Assembly (NCBI RefSeq): GCF_001949145.1 | Contig: NW_019091355.1 | Location: 3,640,646 to 3,704,645, forward strand | DNA length: 64,000 bases | From: Acanthaster planci | Lineage: Eukaryota | Direction of reading: 5' to 3' | Part shown: positions 12,844 to 24,200 of the stretch, piece by piece | Position numbering within the stretch: the stretch's first letter is position 1 | Layout: every line of letters begins with the position of its first letter | Translations under genes and position numbers: made by a program | The notes under the pieces: generated by a model | Database searches by the model: none | What the model was told of the DNA's origin: nothing | What the model saw: only the letters and a program-made list of their open reading frames with translations

Positions 12844-13480
12844 CTGCGGGGCAGAGGAGGTGGTGAGATTTGAGATGAATGCTGATGTCAGTCAGCAGCT
12901 GTGCCAATTTTAATCTCTGTGGACACTTGCAGGCAAGATTCAAAATCTAAGGGCCGAGTGAATCAGTCTGATCACTGACCCAGGAAGAAACTCCCTCAGG
13001 CGACACTTTTTCCATGGGCTCGGGCGAATTTTTACGATTGAAAAGATTGGATTTTTTTACCCTGACATAATTTGTTATGCACTGAATACTGGAACTTGCT
13101 GCAGTCTGCAATCTTGCGAACAGAAAATTCACAAGCCTACTGGAAATCAAGAACCTAATGTTACTCATTCAAACACCTTAAACAGCTAGCTGGGAAAGCC
13201 TGCCAGACTGAGTCTAGACGTGTATACATGTACTATAAAGCAAGAGGTAATGGGTACTATACTTCCAACTGCATAGTCTTACGAAGTTTTTAAAAGATCT
13301 CAGTCATTGCTAACAAACAGTGCTTGCAAAGTTACACAAGCGCCGATGAAGAGAAATGGCCAATGACAAATATTCCATACTAATATCTCCGTGTCGCAAA
13401 ACTTCATCTGTGCACATTTTCACAAATTTCAAGAGCTGAATAAAGGACTGATCAGTGAAAGGAGCAGCGTATGTACGCAC

Positions 13481-13681
13481 CTGTCGTTACTCTGTTGTTG
13501 CGTGTCTTGTTGCCTCGTGCCCGACGTGACAATAGCCGGGTGCGGGATACCTGTGACGGCCATGCCATGGTGGGGTGGGGGCAGGCCAGGGTGGCCGATG
13601 CGTGACATCCCCGACGGGTTGATGAGAGTTGGGTAGGGGGACCTGAGAGCACCTGTGAGGGGGTAAAAGGGTTGGCCTTGC
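13481..13681 (-). CDS. TCF: TCF/LEF internal coding exon: QGQPFYPLTGALRSPYPTLINPSGMSRIGHPGLPPPHHGMAVTGIPHPAIVTSGTRQQDTQQQSND(R)
   Basis: Acceptor ttttctctttctgcttcag| and donor AG|gtgcgt; 201 nt, phase 2 to phase 2. Contains the TCF hallmark motifs QGQPxYP and TGIPHPAIVT. Confidence 0.95.
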
Positions 13682-14032
13682 CTGAAGCAGAAAGAGAAAA
13701 AAAAAAAGGAGTGAGGAGAACAACAGGTTAATTAATACGATGAGTAGTTTCCTTTCAATACTACTGCTCACTTAGGTTCATCTTGAAATGAACAAATTTC
13801 TTTCTTCAGTAAGCTCAACAGTCAGTTTAACTTTTTGAATTTGCAAATAAGGGCTATTATCCTTCTTGTATAATCCACGTCCACGCATCCACGGTTTTGT
13901 GGCATTGCTCGCGTTGCGTGCATCTTGCCTGTGGGCCATGATCCCTGGCTATATGGTGTGTCAGGTTTCATGGCTTCTATCTCCACGTATCCCTAAACAA
14001 ACAGTTTGACAAATGGGAAGAACCGCCAACAC

Positions 14033-14097
14033 AGGGCTGGGTAGTTAAGTTGGTACAGTGCTGATCCGGTGTTCTATCCCGCTCTAGTAAATTTTTC
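14033..14097 (+). mobile_element. Decayed tRNA-related SINE head (not a functional tRNA)
   Basis: A-box-like tagttaagttgg (14042-14053) followed by B-box-like gttctatccc (14071-14080) and gctctagtaaattttt. The anticodon arm appears deleted, so no cloverleaf forms. Confidence 0.4.
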
Positions 14098-14571
14098 AAT
14101 GCATCTTTATTTTCTCTCAAGAATACATAAACATCCGTGACTCTACTATCGCCAGGTCCCTAATTTGGCCATTTACTGTGAAAACGAACCACACTTCACA
14201 ACAACTGGCGAAACTAGGGATCTGGCAAAAATACATGTGCGGGCATTGGGTCCCCTCATGCAGCACTTACATGTAGCTTCTAAGAACCATCCAAAAGATA
14301 AAAAAAAAATGACAGGTAAGGGTTTAACTGACTGATCAAAATTTCAGTTATTTACAGGTATCTTGAATTATCCTAGATGACAACGATACACCGCACATTC
14401 AACTGCAGTATTTTTCTATAACACGGTGGGACTGGTACATTAGCTAGCTGTTCAATTGCCCAGATTGCGCATGAAAATTCAACATACTCAACTGTCCACA
14501 AATTCTCTTCTCTCACCATCTGACACCTCTGTGTTTCTCTGATGGCTAACAAGCCTGATTCCCATACTTAC

Positions 14572-14677
14572 CAAGGCACATTGTACACTTCTAAGTGGTG
14601 GGGCACATTGCCTAATGAACCAGGAGACAGTGGATGGTACAAGGGAAGTTCTGATGAATGCCTGGGTCTGGGTATAC
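14572..14677 (-). CDS. TCF: TCF/LEF internal coding exon: (G)[34 protein letters not shown](W)
   Basis: Acceptor ccaaacag| and donor TG|gtaagt; 106 nt, phase 1 to phase 2, exactly bridging the flanking exons. Matches vertebrate GIPRPPHPPDISPYYPLSPG...PHPLGW. This frame is not in the ORF track. Confidence 0.93.
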
Positions 14678-16530
14678 CTGTTTGGTACAATCAAGACGGA
14701 AAATGATTAATTACAGGAAACCAAAGCGGATTGTATCGTACGGTCTATCACAAGAGAGGTACATGTGTGACCAGCTTCACAAAGATTCTCATTTTACTGA
14801 TCCTCGGCCTAAATTTGGATCTGGATTCATTAGTCGGCGGCAGTCAAAACTGAGAACATTTTACCATTCAGTGTTTCGGAAAATATCTGAAATTTCTTCG
14901 AGGGAGAAACGGACAGCAGAAAATATCCCATGATGCAATTTGTGATGCTTGAGCACAGCTGCTGTATGGGCAGAGTGCATTCCACTAAATCGCTACATTT
15001 CTGCGAGGAAGTTCATTTATGTGTTGTAATGTGAAGGGTTATTTGCAGAAAGTGATGGAATAATTGGAACTGATTGTAGAGAACCTTCGTTCACAAAAAC
15101 TTCCAACTCAGGCCTATTTTAAATAGAGGCAGATGGGTACGTTCAGACCTGTCACAGAGTTTTGACTATTTTGGGGGTGTTTTGCGGAAGGAACAAACTT
15201 TTCCTGGTGAACCCTTACCAACTGAAAAGAAAACTGATCTTGTGGCCATAATCTTGAATTTCCTGTGAAACACACATTTTGAAGTGGTTCCTGAGTGTCA
15301 CCAGGTAGCGCTGTTTCTGTCTGATTTTCCACTGTTTTCTGTGGGCCCGCATTCGGTTACAGTGCAACCCGTACTAAATTCTCTCCAGTAATAGCAATGT
15401 CAGTCCACATCCCATGTCTTCCCCGCAAAATGGCAGTTGAAATTAATGATTAAATGTACAACTGAACAAAACGAAACTAAAATAACACAAAACCCATCCC
15501 TCTACAAAATACCCGGGAACCTGTATACCAAATTAATTTTTGCCCTCCAAAAGCCTTCAAAACAGTTTCCACCCGGCAATTTCCCCCCATTTCTTCAAAG
15601 TAAACAGTTTGATAGATTACAAATCCAGTTTTCTCCCTCGAAATGGGCCATTCCTCAAATGTGTGGTGAAGCAAACACTGCAATGCATGCAATGCCATTC
15701 TTTCTTGGCCGCAATAAAGCTGCCAGAGGACCAAAGGTTAATGACATGGTGACCAGACTAAATGTGGGCATGTACATGTATATATCACACCATCGCTCCC
15801 CTTCTCATATCACAGCAGTGGTGCAGGGCCTTTTAACCACAGTCTACCTTGTGTGCTGAAACGCAAAGTTAGAATTCAACCTGAAAGATACGGTAACATG
15901 GTACCGGTCTCATTCAAGCATGTGGTCTTCTGATAATATTTAACCCTAATAGTCCCAAATCCTCCGATTTCAATATAATTTTACATACACCCTAGGGGGT
16001 TAATTAAGGAAACTGAGTATTGTAATGTCCTTGGACATGGAGTTGGACTCATTTCTGATCCCTTCCACGCATCCGTGCCAATCTTTTTCGACCATATTTC
16101 CAAGAGCCAAATTTCTCTTCATTCAAGGCTCTTGTTCACTTAAGATCCTCAGGCTTGATTGTAACTGCACCACCTTGTAGTAAGGTTTATATGCGAGCTC
16201 AGAAAAGATACAGCCGTAATCTGCAGACAATTTTTAGGCTGAAATTTATCATAGCCATGGTCAAATTCTACCAATAGTGGCGTCAGTCAGTAGTTCTGAT
16301 ACAAATATGATTTCTCTAGTCAATATCTACATGAACACCAATTTGACGGCAACAAATTTCATATTTACAGCAACACTACACTGGTGAAGCAAACCAAGTA
16401 CATGTACAAACGTTCTGGTGCAAATGCTAAAAAAAAAATATATATATATATATACAAGCATTGAAAAGAACAAATTTTTCTTTATTTCAGGGAGAATCTG
16501 GACAGCTTCCAGTGGTTTCGACCCTGTACA

Positions 16531-16708
16531 AATACTGGCGATTCACAATAGTGCGCCCCCAAGAGTCTGCAACGCGTTGGCCAATCACAACGCGCGACAT
16601 TTGTCAATCCTTTTTGAACGCGCATTGGGTCCGACAGATTCCGCACATTGTGATTGGCCAATGCGTTCCAGACTCTTGGGGGCGCACTGTTGTGAATCGC
16701 CCCATATT
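16531..16708. mobile_element. Palindromic MITE, family A copy 1
   Basis: Left arm ggcgattcacaatagtgcgcccccaagagtctgcaacgcgttggccaatcacaa is the near-perfect reverse complement of right arm ttgtgattggccaatgcgttccagactcttgggggcgcactgttgtgaatcgcc. A homologous copy is at 30337. Confidence 0.9.
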
Positions 16709-17728
16709 GAAAGAATGAGGGGGAGTGCTGAAACTCCTCTGCAAACGATGAATTTTCAAGATAGAAAATGTGTGAAAATAAGCTTGATGAAATAACTGTT
16801 ATCAGTACGTGTAATGGTAAACACAGGATGGACAGCAATGGACAAGCCGCGATGACTCGCGATGGGTCAGTCATGACCAACGCGACAACGACCTCCTGGT
16901 GCCGGTGGGTCTTGTTTTTTTTCTCGGCTTCGAGTCCAGGCCGACATAATAGTTGTTATTAGAATAGAGCAAGGTAAACGTACAAGCAGTTTAATGAGAT
17001 ACGTGCACGTTGAAATGTATGCGTGGGTCTTCAAAACTGAGAGATTTGCGGCCTAATTCATCTCAATATGGCAAACAGGGAGGTAAACCAGACGCAGATG
17101 AGTCTCGGTTGCTTGGAGATGCAAGCATTCGGACACTGCACACGAGCTGCTCGTTGGGGGGGAGGGGGGGGAGAATTTTTCAACATCCTCTGTTTGCCTA
17201 CAGACGCTGCGCAGTGGCATACAGTGAAGGCAGCAAGAGAGTATGTGTGTACAGATGAACATGTAATACGCTGTAAACATCGGAGCCGGTTACATTACGT
17301 ACATGTTTGTATATGATCCACTTATGACAAAATGTGCATAAATTACATGCATTTTTCCATTGTATTTGGTGGAGAGATACAGGCAGTGCCATTAACAGCA
17401 TGATGAAAAAGAACTGGTAGGACGGGAAACGGAATTGGAAATACAAAATTACAGCATGTTCACCTTAATCCCACTTCTAGCTCACTCGAAAAGGTCTGGC
17501 TAGCATTCTAGATTATGTATTCACTCGTTAAATCATGCAGAGTTGCCACTATCACATTTAACTGTTAACACAAAAAAAATCAACCTGTAAAATAAATTAG
17601 CTAGAAAAAGCTTTACAGTTCTTGCTTTACAAGGAGACTTCCAACACTTAGTTTTCTATCATTGGGCTTCTTTGCTAATTTCAATTGATAGGATGGTAAA
17701 ATTAAATCAATTTTGAATTTTGCTTCAC

Positions 17729-17873
17729 CTGTCTTTGCGTCAACTTCTATCGCGCTTGCCAGATGGGGTGGGGGAGGTGTTCCTGGGGGGTAGTGGTCCT
17801 GGTTATACATCATCAGATGGGCCAGGGATGGTGGGTAGGGCCCACTGGGGTGCACCATGGAGAGTTTGCTCCC
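17729..17873 (-). CDS. TCF: TCF/LEF internal coding exon (first visible; context-dependent regulatory domain): GSKLSMVHPSGPYPPSLAHLMMYNQDHYPPGTPPPPHLASAIEVDAKT(G)
   Basis: Acceptor ctctctgtctccttctccag| and donor G|gtgaag on the minus strand; 145 nt, phase 0 to phase 1. The peptide resembles the vertebrate TCF7L2 exon SNKVPVVQHP...YSNEHFTPGNPPPHLPADVDPKTG (from recall). Confidence 0.93.
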
Positions 17874-18027
17874 CTGGAGAAGGAGACAGAGAGGATGTGA
17901 GTGATTATGGTGACATGCAATTAAATACTGCAATGTTCAATACTCTCTACTTACATGTAAATGACTGGGTACATGATTTGTACTAACGACAGAGGTCAGC
18001 TCTTCCGTCAACCCCCCATTACTGGGT

Positions 18028-18214
18028 AAAGACCGGTTCGTACCTGGCGTGAAGGCTACCGCAAAATGCGAATTTGTGACATCTGATCAAATATTTGCAC
18101 AGCTACTTCGCGAAAGTTGAACACATTTCAACTCAAGCGAAAATTTGCAGCAACTCTTTTGCGGTGTCAAATTTGCTTCGCATTCACATTTGCCTGTAGT
18201 ATGAACCGGCTTTT
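18028..18214. mobile_element. Decayed MITE (aaag(a)ccggttc.tac ... gtatgaaccggctttt), Harbinger-like
   Basis: Imperfect ~16-bp terminal inverted repeats and internal tttgc/ttcgc repeats. Confidence 0.55.
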
Positions 18215-21200
18215 AACAAGGCGCCCTCTCTTGGTCACGCACAGTCCATGGGCTGTTACCAATCCCTAAGGCACATGTCACTGTGAAAGCTATGAGTCCA
18301 GAGTATGTCTAGATTAGCATTTCTTGAAATGTCCTTCTGATTCAATATCTTGTTACAGCCTCATCCGACCCTGTTACTATTTGGAGGATTTTTCACTACA
18401 CCCCTCCCCAAGGTCAGATGAAAACATGTATTGCTTCTCTATGACACAGCAAAACAACAGTTGCAAAGATGGGCAGAGAATCTTTTGGCAACAAATAAGT
18501 CTCTCTCTCTGTATTTATCGTTTATGTGCAGTGCATGTCAGGCAGTACATGTACAACAGACTGCTTCAGTTTAGACTTTCTATACATGTATGTACACGTC
18601 CGATACGTACCTGTCACGACCCCCCCCCCCAAAAAAAACTCCCAGAATGCTCCATACCATACAAAGCCATGGAACTTTGTCCAGGTGACAGTACAGCTAC
18701 GAAAGGCCAAGATCTTAGACAATGACGACTCTCTGCGAGCGCTTCACCGCTTTCTCACGATACCAGCTGCAGGGTGGCATGATTTATGTGGAATTGACGC
18801 TTTTGAATCAACTTGGATTTCGGGGTCATTAATTTGAAATCTCTTCAAGCCTTTTGGCAGAGAAAAGCCACCCACATACACGCAACGCTGCACAGAGGCA
18901 ACTGGCTCATGTTTCAAAGGCAATTGTCAAGCAAAATGTATACATATTGCCCTCAATGGAAACAAAGAGAACTAAAGTTACGAAATTAACTGCCCTTCAA
19001 ATGAAAGTCAAAAATACGGAGAAAGCTACTGTTGGGGTCTAGGGGACAAAAAAAAAAATTGACAAAGGCCTGAACTTGAAATAAACAGTACAGAGCAACA
19101 TTTTCACGTGGGTGCCACCCCTGCTAACCTGACTGTACTTTTGATCTCTGGCTTAGTGGTGCATCAGGAGCTAAAAAGTACAGCTCCTCTCTTTTAGAAC
19201 TTTAGGGACCTTTTTTCCTCCTTTTACCTTCACCACATCCTTTTTTTCTTTTCTTTTTTTTTTGCGGTATGGAGAGCTGATTTATGGTGTTAGCACTGAA
19301 CAATCAGCACCGAGGGCTGCCTGGAACAAAGCAGGGAACGGACGACTGGGTCCACGCAGTTGGGTACTTTCAACTACAATGACACGGCACATCTGTCAAT
19401 ATAAAATACTAGCCCCGCACCAGCCAGGGCCGAGGGGGGACGGGGCCTCAACTACTGTAGCGCCGGCGCTGACTTTTTGCACCTCTCGCCTTGTTTGTGC
19501 TGCGACAATGCTGTGCTCTTGTCTTCATCAAGGCAAGCGGAAGTTCTCCCTGCCGCTACTTTCACACAATCTGATTCTGTTTGGACTTTTTTTCTTCCGT
19601 TGCCCCGACAGACCCCTAATGACATCACTTGCTTTTTAGAGAGTTCAAAAACTTGCCTTTTTTTCTCAACATCCCTCTTTTTATGCACTTTCCACGAACA
19701 GACGTACTTAAATGCTCAGCCAACGGCATGAAAGGGAGAATCATGTTTGGCCCCACTGTACAGATGGTGGATCTAATGAACTGAGATAAAAGAACACAAA
19801 CTAGAACCTTCCCCCTTTTTTCGTCAGCTGCCAAGACAAAACCACACGCAAGATAAAAACGATTACACTATTTAGGGGTCAGCTTTCTAATCCAAAGTTC
19901 AATGTGTTATTTACAATTCAGGTTTGCAAATGTTTTGGAAGACCATGCTGCAATCCTGATTTGCATGCATGTCTCACACGGGACTTTTCTTGGCCAGTCA
20001 GACTTTCTTATTGGAACTTTCTTTTTGGGGGTGCACGGCTTTCCCTCTCATAAATGGACTGCTTTTTTCAAGCCATGCTAGCCAGCCCGTCAGCCCACAA
20101 AACCCAGTGACAAATTGAAACACGTCCCGGAATGACGGACGAGCCGCCAGTCTGCCCTGTCTCATGTATTTTTTAACCAATCGCTGGAGCACAACGTTGA
20201 ATAGAGTGCTTAAGGGCTCAGGGTTGGGTGCGTTTGCGTGACATACCGGTGGGTGTTGAAGAAAGAGATATCCCCCCTTCCTTCAGTGAATGTACCGGTA
20301 AGAGTTAGCACTGGAAATCACTCAGACGAAACCGTCATTTGGTATAATAAGCAGGTGCGTAAGACCTACAGGTGTGACTTTTCCAGCTAAGTCATGAGCC
20401 TGTTATTCTCCTGACTCAAGTCGGAATGCCAATGAAAAAATTAACCCTGATCAGTTTATGGCCAGTGTAAATGCCTCTTCACCTGAGTGGTACATTTTCA
20501 AAGCTCTGTTACAAACACCACTTACAACAAACAAAACTAAACAAAAAGTCTACTCCTCAAAAATAAATCTCCCATTAAAATCCTGTGTGCTAAATACGCG
20601 TACGACATCGTACCTGTAAACGCTTGCCCAACACTATCAATTTCCTACAGCATTTTACGAGAATGGGATGCAAAAGAATGGCAGCATCATCTCCGATTGG
20701 CCTGCATATTACAAAAAAACTCCTAACCCGCTCAGGAAAGACACTGCCAAGTACATGTAGTGACAGGCTAATCAGCCTGAAACCTCATCACAAATGAATA
20801 AACCACAAGAAAAAAAAGTTAAAAACATCAAGAGTATATGTCCATGTTATTCAAATAGGATTTGCTTACAGGCAAATGTGATAAGAGTGTAAGAACCAGA
20901 AGTAATCACTACATCAGTGAATGCTAGAGTGCCAGAAGTCAACCCACGGCAACAAAGCAATTTTTTTTTATAAGACTCCCCCATTTGTATGCTATCAAAA
21001 TAAACACATTCAATTTAAGCAAGTGCAAAAGAGAGCAACACTGTGGAACAAGACACCACCATTCTCCCAGACACAAAAACCTGCTCCCACCCCCCCAAGT
21101 ACAAATATTACAAGAATAACCACATCAACCTTGATGCCTGAGATATGACAGTTGAAAAAAAAAACCAAAAAAAACATATCTGACTGACCCTACCCCCACT

Positions 21201-24200
21201 GATGTAACCCTCCCAATCTCCTTAGGTAAATCACAGTCAATCCATCTGTCCCCAGCATGTCAATCCAGAAGACTGCGGCACGGGGGAGTGGAAAGCTTCA
21301 AGTCTTGCATACGCACATCGGGCATTCACTGGACAGGATGTGCACTGTGCACAGATTTTACCAGGCACCGCTGTCCATTGCCGGCAAATTTCTGACATCT
21401 TCCACCAAATGAGCAGGAATGTCTCTTGTGTTGTCTCTCGTCACTCAACATTTTCACTTGTAAAATCTTATCATGTTTGGGTCTTAGTACCTCTGATTAA
21501 CCAAAGCTCAAAGCTCAAGTGCCAAACTGAAATGATGATCTCTAATGGTCTGCATACGTGTACATCTATCTTTCCATGTTGCCATGGCATTACTACCATC
21601 AATACCTCATAACTACAGCACAATAAAGCCTCGACAAATCTACACTTTTCCAACCACCACCATGTCTTACTTTTCCTTTTTTTTCCCCCTCCCAAACAGC
21701 ATTTCTTTTGAATAAAAAAAATCTCTAAAGACAGAGAAAAACAAGAATCACTAACGATGACTGAGACGTGTAAATATACTGCGGGTCAATATTTGGATTA
21801 TTTGATTTTCTGTTTCTAAATCCATTTATCAGGTTTATCTATATGGTGCGTTCCCGTCCCATGGAGGGGGTGATCCATGAATGGGCCACACTAAGCTGCG
21901 TCACCAGATACTAACGAGGAATAGACTTACGCATGCTTTCCTACAGCAGTGACGTGAGCAATGGTCCACTGAACCCTCACAGGAAAGCACACATGTAAAC
22001 AAAGCATTACGTGTACATCAATTGCATTTTGCGTCTATTGCAAATGATCACCAAAGACATCTACATCTATCTGGTTCTCTGGAAGCAAAAACTCCATGTA
22101 CTTATTTCACAGCTTCTTTACCCTTGAGCAAGAAACCATTCCTAACTGTATGACACCATCCAAAGAAACCCCAAGAGGCCAGTGTGTCTGATCATCTCCT
22201 TGACATTAATGAGGTTTCGGTCACTCCACATATTTGGCTCTTTCGCTGACATGCCTGCCAATCAAAAGGAAACATCAATGCTTGCCATAATCAACCAAGA
22301 AGAGGGGCACATGCACTCCAGCAAGCCATTCCGAGCCAGCCTCTAACAGCGGCGACGACTGCCGGAGAAATCGCACTATTACCCCAAGCCGGCACGCACA
22401 ATCTTCACTGATTGTACTAGCGACACAAAGACACCATCTTGTCATCTCAAGTTCTTGACTGGCGTCCCCGGCGCTCGACTTGCCCGTCACCAAATGTGCC
22501 GAGCTCTCGACAGCCCACCACACCATAACTCAGAGCCTCTCCCCCCCCCCCTTGACGACAACGACGGAGGTATTTGAGCCTCCGTTCTTAGATGGCTCGC
22601 CACCTAGGGTGTTGGGATCTCCTTGCCCCACAATATTTTATTGACGACAAGACGGAATGAAAATGGCAGGGTGACTGACCGGTACACCGTGATGGAGATG
22701 AGTTGTAGGAAAAGGGAGACCAGTTCTTCTTCCCCACTGGATTAATATGCAACGATTTCTCAACTATGGCGTGGTGTGCAATTTGATCAAGAAAATCTTG
22801 TAAAAAAATTAATTTGTGTTCTAAAAACAGAACAACTTGTGAATTTGTGCGTGTCTCATACAACCAGAAGTACACCAGAGATTTGTAGCCTTTCAATAAA
22901 GCATCCTACTATCACTCCAAAATATCAAAACTGACTCCCAAGTAACCTAGTAATCTTGTAAATGATACGAGGAAGACATAGTGATGATAGATTCTGTCCA
23001 ATCAATGAAATTGCAATTTCCCCTTTTTTCTTGACCACAAAAGTGAACAGGCATTAATGACTCACACAAATGCAACTCTTTGCTGGAACTTTATGGTTCT
23101 AGTTTGCTAAACAAGGCAAGAAAGAGATTTTTCGGACTTTACCCAACTGTAACGCTACCCAACTGGAGCCCCTCTCCCACCAATGACAAGTCACCATGTC
23201 AACAACAAATAAACATCAAAGACGCCACAAGCACCGACCGGAAAGCCCAAGTGCTGAAAAGCTTCAATCAATCCATCAGCTACCCCGAGATATAGCCCTC
23301 CCTTTTCTTTTTCTTTCACAGAAGGGAAAAAAAACGCCAGCCTCCCAAGCCGAGCCGCTGCGTCTGCTTGTGCGGCTCCCGCACCACGCAGCCCGCCCCC
23401 GTTGAGTGGACAATAATCCTTCTGAAAATTGTCTCGCGCCATTTCGCCGTTCCAAGATGAGGAGCGAAAAGATATCTCCTGTTGACATCAATGACTATCT
23501 GATACGGATCTGTTGGTGCAAGTCATGTTTCCACACACGGGAAAGGCAAAAAAAAAAAATTTGTCTGCTGTCCGTGGTCGTTGAACCATCTGGATGCGAC
23601 GGACGGGTGACTCCCCGTCGTCAACGTTGCTCCTTGAGAGTAAGAGAGACTGCAGGGACTTATGAGTGAAACTCAAGCCGAAACTTAAGAATGGCTGAGC
23701 AGAATAAGGTCAGGGATAGCCCAAAACCACCGGCATTACCGTTCAAAGAAAAAAAAAGAAGAGGGACAGGGAAGAAATGGGTCGCGATGCCGGCGCGTCG
23801 GTGATTTGAATCAGAGAGAATGAAAGTTAATACGTGTTAATTTGAGGGATTGGAACACAACCTGGTGTATCAAGATCCAGGCTAGGGGGCAGGCATCTCC
23901 AATTTGATGTACGAGACAAATCATAATTAGGTTATGACAAAAATCATCCACACTTCGGCCATTACGGCTCCAACCAAATATCTCTCCTGCAAAGCCAACG
24001 CAAGTCGTGAAGTAATGCACATTCGTACATATACGTGTATTCCCTTTCGGTCGCAAATAAGATAATGTCTTCATACGATACCTAAATAAAGCGAGGGAAC
24101 ATTGAATAAAGCGGATTAAGAATGCTACCTAATATGGCTTCAGACTCGTGCTAAGCCGGCTGTGCATCCAACGCCTCAGTGCAAGTATGGATCATGTTTT

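Noticed and set aside
14033..14097. Functional tRNA gene
   Set aside because: A and B boxes are degenerate and there is no anticodon arm or acceptor stem; treated as a SINE remnant.
15940..16003. piggyBac-like TTAA-CCC...GGG-TTAA mini element
   Set aside because: Only 56 bp with a 3-bp terminal match; compatible with chance.
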